DNA of 64,000 nucleotides from Clostridium sp. CAG:914. Its GTDB lineage: Bacteria > Bacillota_I > Bacilli_A > RF39 > UBA660. Below, piece by piece: positions 35,249 through 45,041 of the stretch. The position numbers and the translations under genes were made by a program. Under the pieces are notes generated by a model. It had not been told where the DNA came from. It saw only the letters and a program-made list of their open reading frames with translations, and did no database searches. Location of the stretch: NCBI GenBank assembly GCA_000437895.1, contig FR902161.1, positions 46,642-110,641 of the forward strand, read 5' to 3'. Each line of letters starts with the position of its first letter. Within the stretch, counting starts at the first letter, position 1.

Positions 35249-35908
35249 TTATTTAACATTTACTGTTCTTTCAATTGTAGTAGTTATTCCTGTGGAATTC
35301 ACAACATAATATACTAATTTATATGTTCCTTCTTTATTATAATTAACACTTCCACTTATATTTACTTTATCAGTTATATTTCCATCAATATCATCTATTG
35401 CAACATAACCTGGTTCTTTGTATTTATCACCTTTTGAAATATCCATATCTTTTTTTCCTTGTAAAGCAATATAAGTAATTCCTTTACTTGGCCTTTCAAC
35501 TACTTCTACTGTTCTAGAATTTCTATATTCTCCAATGGTATACGTAACAATATATTTATCTATTTTACTAGTATCTACTGGATTATATACAACAACTTTA
35601 TCATTAATATTATTACCTTTTTTATCTATGGCAGAAAAACCTGGATCGAAGTATTTGCTTCCTTGGTAAACCTTTATATTATTTCCTCCAATTACTTGAA
35701 TATTAATTTTACTTTTACTTGTAGTAAGTGATATAATAACGATAATTAAGACAAGTAAAAAAACTATAATTCCTCCAATAATAAATATCTTTTTTTTATC
35801 AATATTTTTAAAATCTATATTCTTAATTATTTGTTTTTTTCCTTTTTTATCTATTTCTTTATCTATATTGGTATCGGCTTTTTCACTGTTAAAGTACATA
35901 ATCATCAT
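35249..35908 (-). CDS. signal-anchored protein with two DUF5011 (Ig-like) domains
   Basis: Two repeats: G.KY.DPGF.AID..GN.I.DKV..Y......GTY...Y....S...T.ERTV.V. Confidence 0.55.
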   Translation of the reverse strand: MMIMYFNSEKADTNIDKEIDKKGKKQIIKNIDFKNIDKKKIFIIGGIIVFLLVLIIVIISLTTSKSKINIQVIGGNNIKVYQGSKYFDPGFSAIDKKGNNINDKVVVYNPVDTSKIDKYIVTYTIGEYRNSRTVEVVERPSKGITYIALQGKKDMDISKGDKYKEPGYVAIDDIDGNITDKVNISGSVNYNKEGTYKLVYYVVNSTGITTTIERTVNVK

Positions 35909-36039
35909 TCCCTTCTAAAGGTATTATATCATTTAGTATATTTGTTTTCAAGAAAAAAGTAATTAATTGTTTGTTGACATATTTATTAACTTATAATTTA
36001 ATAAATATAATTATTTTTAATAAATAAGTAAATATTTTC

Positions 36040-36069
36040 TTGACAATAATCATTTAATAATTATATAAT
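36040..36069 (+). promoter_or_regulatory. candidate sigma-A promoter for rpsD
   Basis: TTGACA at 36040-45, 18-bp spacer, TATAAT at 36064-69; gives a leader of about 135 nt consistent with S4 autoregulation. Confidence 0.4.
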
Positions 36070-36203
36070 ATTAATGCATTTGGCGGCAATATTTATTGAT
36101 TTATAATGTGTTATGTATTAGTAACTTATACGCTGCATAAGGGAAAGTCAAGTCAAACACCCTATAAATTGATAAATAACTCCAATGAGAAAGGAGGATA
36201 GAA

Positions 36204-36806
36204 ATGTCTAGATATACAGGTCCTAACAACAAACAATCAAGAAGATTGGGTTTTTCATTACTTGAAAGTGGTAAAGACTTAAAAAGACCTTTTGGTCCAG
36301 GTCAACATGGTAAAGATAGAAAGAAGAAACCTTCTAACTATTCTATTCAATTAGCTGAAAAACAAAAATTAAGATTTATGTATGGACTTAATGAAAAGCA
36401 ATTCAAAAGAATAGTTGAAGATGCTGGTAAGATGAAAGGTGTTCATGGTGAAAATATATTTATTTTGCTAGAAAGTAGATTAGATAATTTAGTTTATAGA
36501 GCTGGATTTGCTATGACTAGAAGAGGAGCGAGACAATTAGTTAATCATGGACATATCACTGTTAATGGAAAGAAAGTAGATATTCCATCATATAGAGTTA
36601 AAGTTGGCAATGTTATTGGAATTTGTGAAAACTCTAAAGACCATAAAGGTATTGAAATAGCTTTAGCTAATGTTAATAAAAGAGTTGAATTTATTAATTA
36701 CAATGACAAGAAAAAAGAAGCTACATATGTTAGATATCCACAAAGAAGTGAACTTAATGGTGAAATTAATGAAGCTTTAATAGTTGAATTTTATAGTAGA
36801 GTTTAA
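36204..36806 (+). CDS. rpsD: 30S ribosomal protein S4
   Basis: MSRYTGPNNKQSRRLG...; S4 RNA-binding domain. Confidence 0.95.
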   Translation: MSRYTGPNNKQSRRLGFSLLESGKDLKRPFGPGQHGKDRKKKPSNYSIQLAEKQKLRFMYGLNEKQFKRIVEDAGKMKGVHGENIFILLESRLDNLVYRAGFAMTRRGARQLVNHGHITVNGKKVDIPSYRVKVGNVIGICENSKDHKGIEIALANVNKRVEFINYNDKKKEATYVRYPQRSELNGEINEALIVEFYSRV

Positions 36807-36856
36807 TTACTCTACTTTTTTTAGAATAAAAAAAGTCATAATTACATGACTTTTTG
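36796..36856. terminator. two back-to-back hairpin terminators between convergent rpsD and spo0A
   Basis: GTAGAG-TTTAATTA-CTCTAC followed by T7 for rpsD; AAAAAGTCAT-AATTAC-ATGACTTTTT is bidirectional. Confidence 0.6.
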
Positions 36857-37609
36857 TTTAGAAAATTCTAATCTTAGTTTATCTGCTACAGTAACAATAA
36901 ACTCAGAGTTTGTAGGTTTTGCTTTATCTATATCAACACTATGTCCAAATAATTCTTCCATATAATCCCAATTTCCTCTATTCCAACTAACTTCAATGGC
37001 ATGTCTTATTGCTCTTTCTACTCTTGATACAGTAGTATCAAACTTGCTAGCTAATTCTGGATAAAGTTCTTTAGTAATTCCTCCAATAATATTTGGATCG
37101 TTATATATCATTGTTATTCCTTCTCTTATGTATTGGTATCCTTTTATGTGAGAAGGCATGCCTAATTCATGAAGCATTTTTGTAATAGATATTTGTAGAT
37201 TACTATGATATAAATTAATAGTTTTACTCTCTTGGGTATCAAAAACACTTAGTATTTTATCTTCTAAATCCGATAAATTAAAAGGTTTTAAAACATAATA
37301 ATTTACTCCATATTCACTTACTTTTCTTATAATTTTTGGTTCATTATACGATGTTTCTACGATAATATTTTTTTCTATTCCTCTTTTTTTAAGTTCTTCT
37401 AGAACATATAATCCATCTTTAACAGGCATTATTAAATCCAATAAAATAACATCATAATTACCAGCTGAATTTAATATTTTATTTAATCCATCTTCACCAT
37501 CATGACTTTCTATAGCTAATTCTATTCTGTTATGTTCTTTAAAATATTCACGTACCATTTCAATTAGATTTACATTGTCATCAATCATTAAAATTTTTAT
37601 TTTACTCAT
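36842..37609 (-). CDS. spo0A: sporulation master regulator Spo0A
   Basis: REC domain (DD..D phospho-acceptor); C-terminal Spo0A_C with recognition-helix region [15 protein letters not shown]. Confidence 0.93.
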   Translation of the reverse strand: MSKIKILMIDDNVNLIEMVREYFKEHNRIELAIESHDGEDGLNKILNSAGNYDVILLDLIMPVKDGLYVLEELKKRGIEKNIIVETSYNEPKIIRKVSEYGVNYYVLKPFNLSDLEDKILSVFDTQESKTINLYHSNLQISITKMLHELGMPSHIKGYQYIREGITMIYNDPNIIGGITKELYPELASKFDTTVSRVERAIRHAIEVSWNRGNWDYMEELFGHSVDIDKAKPTNSEFIVTVADKLRLEFSKQKVM

Positions 37610-37659
37610 ATTTCTTCCCTCTTTCTGTTATTATTATAGTATTTTTAAATGTTGTAATT

Positions 37660-37666
37660 TGTCGAA
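37660..37666 (+). promoter_or_regulatory. perfect 0A box (TGTCGAA) in the spo0A upstream region
   Basis: Exact match to the Spo0A consensus, about 50 bp upstream of the spo0A start; the only copy in this intergenic region. Confidence 0.35.
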
Positions 37667-37700
37667 TTATAAACAAAATAAGAAGTATTTTTACTACTTC

Positions 37701-38375
37701 TTATATATTACTTAAAATTTTAGTTATTTCTTTTATATCTGATGATATCTTTCCTATCATAACACCTTTTATATTCTTTATTTCTAGCATTTCTTTTATA
37801 TTATTTCTAACTGAACCACCATATACGATAAAGGGATCTATTTTATATTTATTGATAAGATAATTATATATATAATTAATCTTTATATTAATATCTTTCA
37901 AATCAATTGGCTCATTTTTATCTATTTGATATATTGGTTCATATGCAAATATTATATTAGATATATCATCTATGTCTTTTAACAATATTTCTAATACAGT
38001 ATTAATAGTTGTTATATCTCTATCATTTTCTGATATACATAATATTGGTGTTATATTGTTATTTAGACACTTTTTTAATTTTAGGTTAACTTTTTCTAAG
38101 TCGGTATCTTTTTCGTTATGACCTACAATGGAATATTTTATATTTAATGATTTTATTTGATTAGCTGAAACTTTACCTGTATTATTCCCATTTTCTAAAT
38201 AGCATATATCTTGACTAGCTATCTTATGTTTACATTTATTGACAAATGGTATTAAATATATGTTTGATGGAGCTATTATTAAATTATAATTTAATTTGTT
38301 AATATTGGTAATGTAATTATCTAATTCATTATAATTTAATGTCATTTTATGATTTAATATTATTAATTTATCCAT
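37701..38375 (-). CDS. tpiA: triose-phosphate isomerase (divergent)
   Basis: NHKMTL (Lys), GHNEKD (His/Glu) and PILCISE (catalytic Glu) align with the canonical NWKMN, GHSERR and PILCVGE motifs; located directly after pgk. Confidence 0.75.
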   Translation of the reverse strand: MDKLIILNHKMTLNYNELDNYITNINKLNYNLIIAPSNIYLIPFVNKCKHKIASQDICYLENGNNTGKVSANQIKSLNIKYSIVGHNEKDTDLEKVNLKLKKCLNNNITPILCISENDRDITTINTVLEILLKDIDDISNIIFAYEPIYQIDKNEPIDLKDINIKINYIYNYLINKYKIDPFIVYGGSVRNNIKEMLEIKNIKGVMIGKISSDIKEITKILSNI

Positions 38376-39547
38376 TACTTATCCTCTATAGCTTCAATGG
38401 CAGGGAATGTACCTTGGGCTATATATTCAAGAGTTGCTCCTCCACCTGTTGATATGTGATAAAAGTTTTTATTTATATGTAACGTATTAATAGCAGATAT
38501 ACTATCTCCTCCTCCTATTAATGTTTTTATACTGTTTTGAGATAAATAATTATATAATTCACGTGTTCCGTTAGTAAATTCTTTTTCTTCAAAAACTCCC
38601 ATTGGGCCATTAGCTACAACACGATGGGCAGTACTAAGATATTTTTTAAATAATTCTATTGTTTTAGGACCTATATCATAAGCTATGTCTTCATTAGTTA
38701 GCTTATCTATATCTTTGATTTCTTCACTTTTTAATTTGACGTCTACTGGTAATATTATTTTATCTTTATATTTCGATAATATTTCTTTACAAAAAGGAAT
38801 ATTATCTTTATCTACTATAGACATTCCTACATTTATTCCTAAAGAAGCAAGAAATGTAAAGCACATACCTCCCCCAAGAAGGATATAATCACATTTTTCT
38901 ATTAATGATTCTATTACTAGAGTTTTATCACTAATTTTTTTACCACCCATTAAAAGAATGTATGGGCTTGTATTTTCTTTAATAATTCCATCTATTTTTT
39001 CTATTTCTTCTTCAACAAGTAATCCTAGACAGCTTGGAAGAAATTTACTTATTCCAACGTTAGAAGCATGACTTCTGTGACACACTCCATAAGCATCATT
39101 TACAAATATATCTCCTAAAGATGCCCAGTATTTGGAAAGTTCTAAGTCACAAGAACTTTCTTTTTTTCCGTCAATATCTTCAAATCTAGTATTTTCTACA
39201 AGAAGAATTTCACCAGTGCGTAAAGTATTTACCAGTTCTTTTAGCTTATTACCGCTTGTATATTTAGAAAAACAAACATTATCTCCAAGTAAATCTCTTA
39301 ATCTTAAGTATACCGGATATAGACTATTATCTTTTTTATCTTCTTCTGTTTTTACTCTTCCTAAATGAGAAAGAATAATTACTTTAGCATTCTTATCAAT
39401 TAAATATTTTATTGTTTTTAAACTTTCTATAATTCTTGTATCATCTTCAATAATTCCATTAGTAATAGGAACATTTAAATCGCACCTTAATATAACTCTT
39501 TTATTATCAAAGTTAAAATCACTTAATACTTTTTTCAGTTTAATCAC
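38375..39547 (-). CDS. pgk: phosphoglycerate kinase
   Basis: RCDLNVP N-terminal motif; 390 aa. Confidence 0.93.
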   Translation of the reverse strand: MIKLKKVLSDFNFDNKRVILRCDLNVPITNGIIEDDTRIIESLKTIKYLIDKNAKVIILSHLGRVKTEEDKKDNSLYPVYLRLRDLLGDNVCFSKYTSGNKLKELVNTLRTGEILLVENTRFEDIDGKKESSCDLELSKYWASLGDIFVNDAYGVCHRSHASNVGISKFLPSCLGLLVEEEIEKIDGIIKENTSPYILLMGGKKISDKTLVIESLIEKCDYILLGGGMCFTFLASLGINVGMSIVDKDNIPFCKEILSKYKDKIILPVDVKLKSEEIKDIDKLTNEDIAYDIGPKTIELFKKYLSTAHRVVANGPMGVFEEKEFTNGTRELYNYLSQNSIKTLIGGGDSISAINTLHINKNFYHISTGGGATLEYIAQGTFPAIEAIEDK

Positions 39548-39655
39548 CTCTTCTATTAATAAGATAGCAAAAGCTTACTTTAATGTCAATAAATTATATT
39601 TGTTTAATAAAATTTAAAAAAGCAATAGTAAAATACACTACTGCTATAATTCAAA

Positions 39656-40290
39656 TTAAACAAAAATCAATTGTCCTGATAAAACTAATTGATCCGAGTT
39701 TTGAATAACTAATCATTATATTATTTTGATACCTATATAATTAACGACTATTTAAATCCTTGGGTTGCTTTCGCAATTACTTTCCAACCAACAAATAATT
39801 ACTTGTCATAGAATACTTTAATATTATAACTTTACTAAATATTATCAGTATTTAGTTTTAGTCTCTTATCTTAGAGTTTTCTTTCTCTATTACAATTGTA
39901 TAACTTAGATTGGATAAGATATTATAGTTCTAATATATATATCATATATTTTATCTAAGTTAACTACATTCTATATTAATAATCAAAAAATGTCAAGTGT
40001 TTTTTTGACATTTTTTATATTTGTTGTAAACAAAAAACATTTGTCCTGATAAAACAAATGAGTTGAGTTTATGAACAGCAAATATGTTATATGTATTATT
40101 ATATTTTACAGGAATGATTTTAAAAATTAATTAAAATCAATTACTATACTTATAAACCTATTATATATAATTTATACTACAACTGTACTAAAAATTATCA
40201 GTAATTAGTTTTGCCTCTTATCACTTGAGTTTCTCTCTCAATACTAATTGTAATACTTAGATTTGATAAGACTTCACATTTTGAAGAATT
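39656..40290. repeat. two tandem imperfect repeat units (about 355-370 bp) in a 930-bp ORF-free region
   Basis: Blocks AAACAAAAA.CA.TTGTCCTGATAAAAC (39658, 40028) and ATTATCAGTA.TTAGTTTT.(G/A).CTCTTATC..GAGTTT..CTCTC.AT..AATTGTA..ACTTAGATT.GATAAGA (39837, 40191) recur. The units are separated by the hairpin at 39985-40016. Confidence 0.7.
39985..40016. terminator. bidirectional terminator-like hairpin between the two repeat units
   Basis: AAAAAATGTCAA-GTGTTTTT-TTGACATTTTTT. Confidence 0.45.
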
Positions 40291-40477
40291 CTTGATACTT
40301 TAATATTTAAGTCATAATAATTTATAAATATTTTAATAAACATTTTACGACTTATTAATAATAATTATAAAAACTTTATTCAAGTATTTTATTATGCTTA
40401 TATACCTTGTATCTTTATCTAAGCAATTATATTGTAATATTTTTTTCGTTGTTTGTCAATACCTTATTTTTATTTTT

Positions 40478-41425
40478 TTAGTTTAGCGATTTACCTATTA
40501 ATGATTTATAATCTATTCCATTAATAAAATCTTTTACTAAACATCTATTTTTTCCTTCTAATTTTACATCTTTAAAAATTATAACATAATCTATAGCATT
40601 TATATATATGCCATTTTTATCTATATTAATTATTTTTCCAGCTTTATCTTTTACTTTTATGTTAGTAACTTCACTTTCATATACTTTCATTCTTTTATTG
40701 TCTAGGTAGCAAAATGCTGCTGGTAATGTTGATAAAGATCTTATTTTGTTATGAATATTAATTGCTAAATCATTAAAATCTATTTGTTCTTCTTCTTTTT
40801 TTATATTGTATCCATATGTTACTTGATTTTCATCTTGTTTAATTGGTGATATTTTTCCTTCTATAATATCAGGTAGTGTTTTAATTAATAATTTGCTTCC
40901 TAATATAGACATTTTATTATATAAGATATCTAAATTGTATTCTGGTAATATTGTTATTTTTTCTTGACTTATTATATCTCCTGCATCCATTTTACTATCC
41001 ATATACATTATTGTTATACCTGTTTCTTTTTCACCATTCATGATAGCTCTATGTATTGGTGCTCCTCCCCTATATTTTGGCAAGAGTGAACCATGGACGT
41101 TAATACATCCATATTTTGGATAATCTAAAAGACTTTGGGGTATAATTTGTCCATAAGCACAAGTTATAATAATATCCGGATTTTTATCTATAATTTCTTG
41201 ATAATTATCTTTTATCTTTTCTGGAGAGAAAGTTTCAATATTATTTTCTATGGCAATTCTTTTGATGGGTGTTGGAATTATATTTCCTTTTCTATCTTTT
41301 TCTCTATCCGGTTGTGACACCACCAGGATAACATTGGTATTTTTAATTAATTCTTCTAAAACTGGAACAGCAAAGGTTGGTGTTCCCATAAATATTACTT
41401 TTAGTTTTTTTAATTTTTTATTCAT
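40478..41425 (-). CDS. fmt: methionyl-tRNA formyltransferase
   Basis: KVIFMGTPTFAVPVLEEL; formyl-transferase core HGSLLPKYRGGAPI. Confidence 0.92.
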   Translation of the reverse strand: MNKKLKKLKVIFMGTPTFAVPVLEELIKNTNVILVVSQPDREKDRKGNIIPTPIKRIAIENNIETFSPEKIKDNYQEIIDKNPDIIITCAYGQIIPQSLLDYPKYGCINVHGSLLPKYRGGAPIHRAIMNGEKETGITIMYMDSKMDAGDIISQEKITILPEYNLDILYNKMSILGSKLLIKTLPDIIEGKISPIKQDENQVTYGYNIKKEEEQIDFNDLAINIHNKIRSLSTLPAAFCYLDNKRMKVYESEVTNIKVKDKAGKIINIDKNGIYINAIDYVIIFKDVKLEGKNRCLVKDFINGIDYKSLIGKSLN

Positions 41426-41509
41426 TGTTAATTCTCCTTTATATAAATACTATATAGTTTTTTCTTTTTGTATAAGTATACTACGAAATTAAAAATAAAT
41501 ATACTGTTT

Positions 41510-41821
41510 TTATATATGCTGTTTAATAAATATTTTATAATCAAAACCTGTTTCTTTTATTTTCTTTATAATTAAAAGAATAATTGATTTAATAAATATG
41601 TAAAATATCCAGACACATATAATATAATAACCCATATTATGTGTGTATTTGCCAGTTGTTGAAAAGTTTTCTTCTATTGTAAATACCCATGAATAATAAT
41701 TATTTGTTAAAACCATTATAATTAACATTATAGAAATAATTAAGGCTATAATATTATATTTTCTCTTTCTATCTAATAAATAATTAGCACTTTTATAATA
41801 TAAATATGGAACCATTATCAT
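41510..41821 (-). CDS. small membrane protein (2 TM), hypothetical
   Basis: ORF only; a further 49-aa membrane ORF lies just upstream (about 41877-42026, minus strand). Confidence 0.3.
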   Translation of the reverse strand: MIMVPYLYYKSANYLLDRKRKYNIIALIISIMLIIMVLTNNYYSWVFTIEENFSTTGKYTHNMGYYIICVWIFYIFIKSIILLIIKKIKETGFDYKIFIKQHI

Positions 41822-42116
41822 AGGAATATAATATAAATACCAAAAAAATATTTCACTATTTTCATCTATAATTAATGCTTTTTAGTAATCATCCAAAAAA
41901 TTAATAAAATTCCTATTTTAATTATATTGTTTCTAAGTTTTTTGTCATAAAGTCTATAATATAGAAATATTATACCAAAGCAAAAAATTATTAAGCAAAT
42001 AAAACTTTTTTGAATATTTGGCATATAAATCACCATTAATAACATTATAACATGGATGATATTTTTTCAAAATATTAGGTAAAAAAAAGTTTGAAATATT
42101 CAAACTTGTAGATTAT

Positions 42117-43400
42117 TTATTTTTTCTTAATTATTTCTAATCCACCCATATATGGTCTTAATACTTCTGGAATAATTATACTTCCATCTTTTTGATAATT
42201 ATTTTCTACTAGGGCAATTAGTGATCTTGTTGATGCTAATACTGTATTATTTAGAGTATGTGGATAATAATTTTCTTTGTCTCCTTTTACTCTTATACCA
42301 AGTCTACGTGCTTGTGCACTTCCTAGTGTTGAACAAGATCCTACTTCATAATATTTCTGTTGTCTTGGGCTCCATGCTTCAATATCACATGATTTTACTT
42401 TTAAATCCGCTAAATCTCCACTACAACATTCAAGTTTTCTTACTGGTATATTTAAACTTTTAAATAATTCTACAGTATAAGATAACATTTTTTCATACCA
42501 TTCCATTGATTCTTCTGGTTCACATATAACTATCATTTCTTGTTTTTCAAATTGATGTACTCTATATATTCCTCTTTCTTCTAGTCCATGGGCACCAACT
42601 TCTTTTCTAAAGCATGGTGAATATGAAGTCATAGTTATAGGTAATTCTTTTTTCTTTAATATTTCTCCTTTATATTTACCAATCATAGAGTGTTCGCTTG
42701 TTCCAATTAAGTATAAATCTTCTCCTTCTATTTTATACATCATGGCATCCATTTCATCAAAAGACATAACGCCATCTACAACATCTCTTCTAATCATAAA
42801 TGGTGGAATACAATAAGTAAATCCTTTCTCTATCATAAAATCTCTAGCATAAGATAACATAGCTGAAGATAGTCTAGCAATGTCTCCCATTAAATAATAA
42901 AATCCATTACCACTTGTTTTACCTGCTGAAGTTTTATCTAATCCACCTAAACTTTCTAGTATATCGGCATGATATGGTATATCGTAATCTGGTACTAAAG
43001 GTGTACCTATTTTTTCTAATTCAACATTTTCACTGTCATCATGTCCTATTGGAACAGAAGGATCAATAATGTTTGGTATGACCATCATTTTTTCACGAAT
43101 TGCTTTATTTAATTCTTCTTCTTGTTTTTCTATTTCTATTAGTTTATCATTAATTTCTATTACTTCTTTTTTCTTTTGGTTAGCTTCTTCAGTCTTACCT
43201 TCTTTAAATAGTGTACCAATACTGTCAGATATTTTATTTCTCTCACTTCTTAAATTGTCGCCTTGTATTTTTAGTTCTCTATTTTTTTTATCTAATTCTT
43301 CTATTTCATCTACGATAATAATTTTATGTTCTTGAAATTTTTTTCTTATATTTTCTTTGACTAATTCTTTATTATTTCTAATTAAATTTATATCTATCAT
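42117..43400 (-). CDS. serS: serine--tRNA ligase
   Basis: N-terminal coiled-coil arm MIDINLIRNNKELVKENIRKKF; class II core. Confidence 0.93.
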   Translation of the reverse strand: MIDINLIRNNKELVKENIRKKFQEHKIIIVDEIEELDKKNRELKIQGDNLRSERNKISDSIGTLFKEGKTEEANQKKKEVIEINDKLIEIEKQEEELNKAIREKMMVIPNIIDPSVPIGHDDSENVELEKIGTPLVPDYDIPYHADILESLGGLDKTSAGKTSGNGFYYLMGDIARLSSAMLSYARDFMIEKGFTYCIPPFMIRRDVVDGVMSFDEMDAMMYKIEGEDLYLIGTSEHSMIGKYKGEILKKKELPITMTSYSPCFRKEVGAHGLEERGIYRVHQFEKQEMIVICEPEESMEWYEKMLSYTVELFKSLNIPVRKLECCSGDLADLKVKSCDIEAWSPRQQKYYEVGSCSTLGSAQARRLGIRVKGDKENYYPHTLNNTVLASTRSLIALVENNYQKDGSIIIPEVLRPYMGGLEIIKKK

Positions 43401-43478
43401 GAATGTTCACCTCTATATGGAATTATACTATAAGGATGGAGATTTTGCAACTAAAGGTAATATGGTGTTGCAAATACT

Positions 43479-44276
43479 TTATTTAAGATCTTTTCTAAGA
43501 CTTTTAAGTTCATTAATAAAGTTTGTATCATTATTTTCTTTAGTAATATTATATATTTTTTCTTTTCTATTAATTAATTCTTCATAACTTATTACGGCAT
43601 CTTCTTCGTCTATAAAAACTATTTCATCTTTTTTCTTCATAAGCTCTTCATAACTTATTATAGCATTTTCTTCTTGTTCTTTTTCATAATCTGTTAGTTC
43701 TATTTTGTCTGGTATTGTTGCTTTACTTAATTTTTCACTTACGTCTTGAATATATTCTTTATTATTTATTGGTTGTTCTACTTTTACTTCCCTTTCTTTT
43801 GGATAAACTATTCCTATTGGAGATGTTTGATATCTTGATTTCATCTCTCTAAATACATTTCTTTGGTACGCTTTATTTGGTGATGGTTTGTTCTCAATAT
43901 CATCAAAGAGAGATAAATTTTTAATCTTTGGTTCTTCTATTTCTTTATTATTATTTTTTTCTTCAATAATTATTTCTAGTTGCTCTGGTTCTTTTATTAT
44001 TGTATCTTCTTCACTAACTGTTGGGAATGAAATACTATTTATATCTTCTTTTTGAATATTTTCGTTAGAAATATATTCTTTATCTATAATAGGTAATTCT
44101 TCTAAAACATCTTCAGTCTTTTCTTTGGGTTTTATTGTTTTTATTTTACTTTTTTTAGAATAAATAATTAATGTAATGATAGTTAAAATAATTACAATTA
44201 TTATTCCAAAAAACATTATTTTATTTAAAACATCTAGACTGTTATAAAAACTTAAAAATGGTTGCATATTTATCAC
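43479..44276 (-). CDS. membrane-anchored acidic protein with internal (A/V)ISYEEL(M/I)(K/N)(K/R)K(D/E)(E/K)I repeats
   Basis: 265 aa; N-terminal TM; Glu-rich; three ISYEEL repeat units near the C-terminus; 4-nt overlap with rsmE. Confidence 0.4.
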   Translation of the reverse strand: MINMQPFLSFYNSLDVLNKIMFFGIIIVIILTIITLIIYSKKSKIKTIKPKEKTEDVLEELPIIDKEYISNENIQKEDINSISFPTVSEEDTIIKEPEQLEIIIEEKNNNKEIEEPKIKNLSLFDDIENKPSPNKAYQRNVFREMKSRYQTSPIGIVYPKEREVKVEQPINNKEYIQDVSEKLSKATIPDKIELTDYEKEQEENAIISYEELMKKKDEIVFIDEEDAVISYEELINRKEKIYNITKENNDTNFINELKSLRKDLK

Positions 44277-44974
44277 CCTTCATATATGTAATTTATAATG
44301 CTTGCAATACATATTGCGGCAGTTTCAACCCTTAATACTCTTTTTCCTAATGTTATATTTTTGAAGCCATAAGATGTTAATATTTTATTTTCGTTATCAC
44401 TTATTCCACCTTCTGGTCCTATAACAAATACCATTTCTTCTTTATTTTCTTTATTTATGTATGTACTTATTTTTTTTGAATCTGGTGTTAAGGAACAGAT
44501 AAATTTATTTTTGCAATTATAGTGTTCTAAATCTTTTATGGTCATAATATCTGTTATAATTGGAATATCTAGTCTATGTGATTGTTCACTTGCTTCTTTA
44601 CAGATACTGTTCCATCTTTTTATTTTTTTATCTACTTTATCATTAGTAATTTTTACAATACTTCTTTCTGTTCTTAAGGGGATTATTTTATGTACTCCTA
44701 ATTCTGTTAATTTTTGAAGTATTAAATCAAATTTCTGTTCAGTTACTAATGATATAGCTATAGTTAATTCTATATCAAGATTTCTTTCTTCTTGATAATT
44801 ATCTATTATTTTGATTTGAAATGGATTTATTGATTCGATAAGACATAGATATATTTTTTTGTTATATATTACTTCTATTTTATCATTTATAGACATTCTC
44901 ATAACATTTTTTATGTGATGTATATCAGTATCTTGTAATTCTAATTTTTCATTTTTAGCGAAATATCTTTGCAT
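44273..44974 (-). CDS. rsmE: 16S rRNA (uracil1498-N3)-methyltransferase
   Basis: 233 aa; PUA-like N-terminus and SPOUT core (VIGPEGGIS). Confidence 0.85.
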   Translation of the reverse strand: MQRYFAKNEKLELQDTDIHHIKNVMRMSINDKIEVIYNKKIYLCLIESINPFQIKIIDNYQEERNLDIELTIAISLVTEQKFDLILQKLTELGVHKIIPLRTERSIVKITNDKVDKKIKRWNSICKEASEQSHRLDIPIITDIMTIKDLEHYNCKNKFICSLTPDSKKISTYINKENKEEMVFVIGPEGGISDNENKILTSYGFKNITLGKRVLRVETAAICIASIINYIYEG

Positions 44975-45041
44975 ATTTGTTTTCCTTTACACATAATTTC
45001 TGGTAAGTAAATTATAGCATAGTAATAAAAAAAAAGCATCT

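Noticed and set aside
39548-40477. Known structured RNAs (tmRNA, RNase P, SRP RNA, T-box, 6S) or a CRISPR array in the fmt-pgk gap
   Set aside because: I found no T-box AGGGTGGNACCGCG, no tmRNA tag ORF/TPsiC-like end, no GC-rich P4/SRP motifs, and no short regularly spaced direct repeats. The region therefore stays unexplained rather than assigned.
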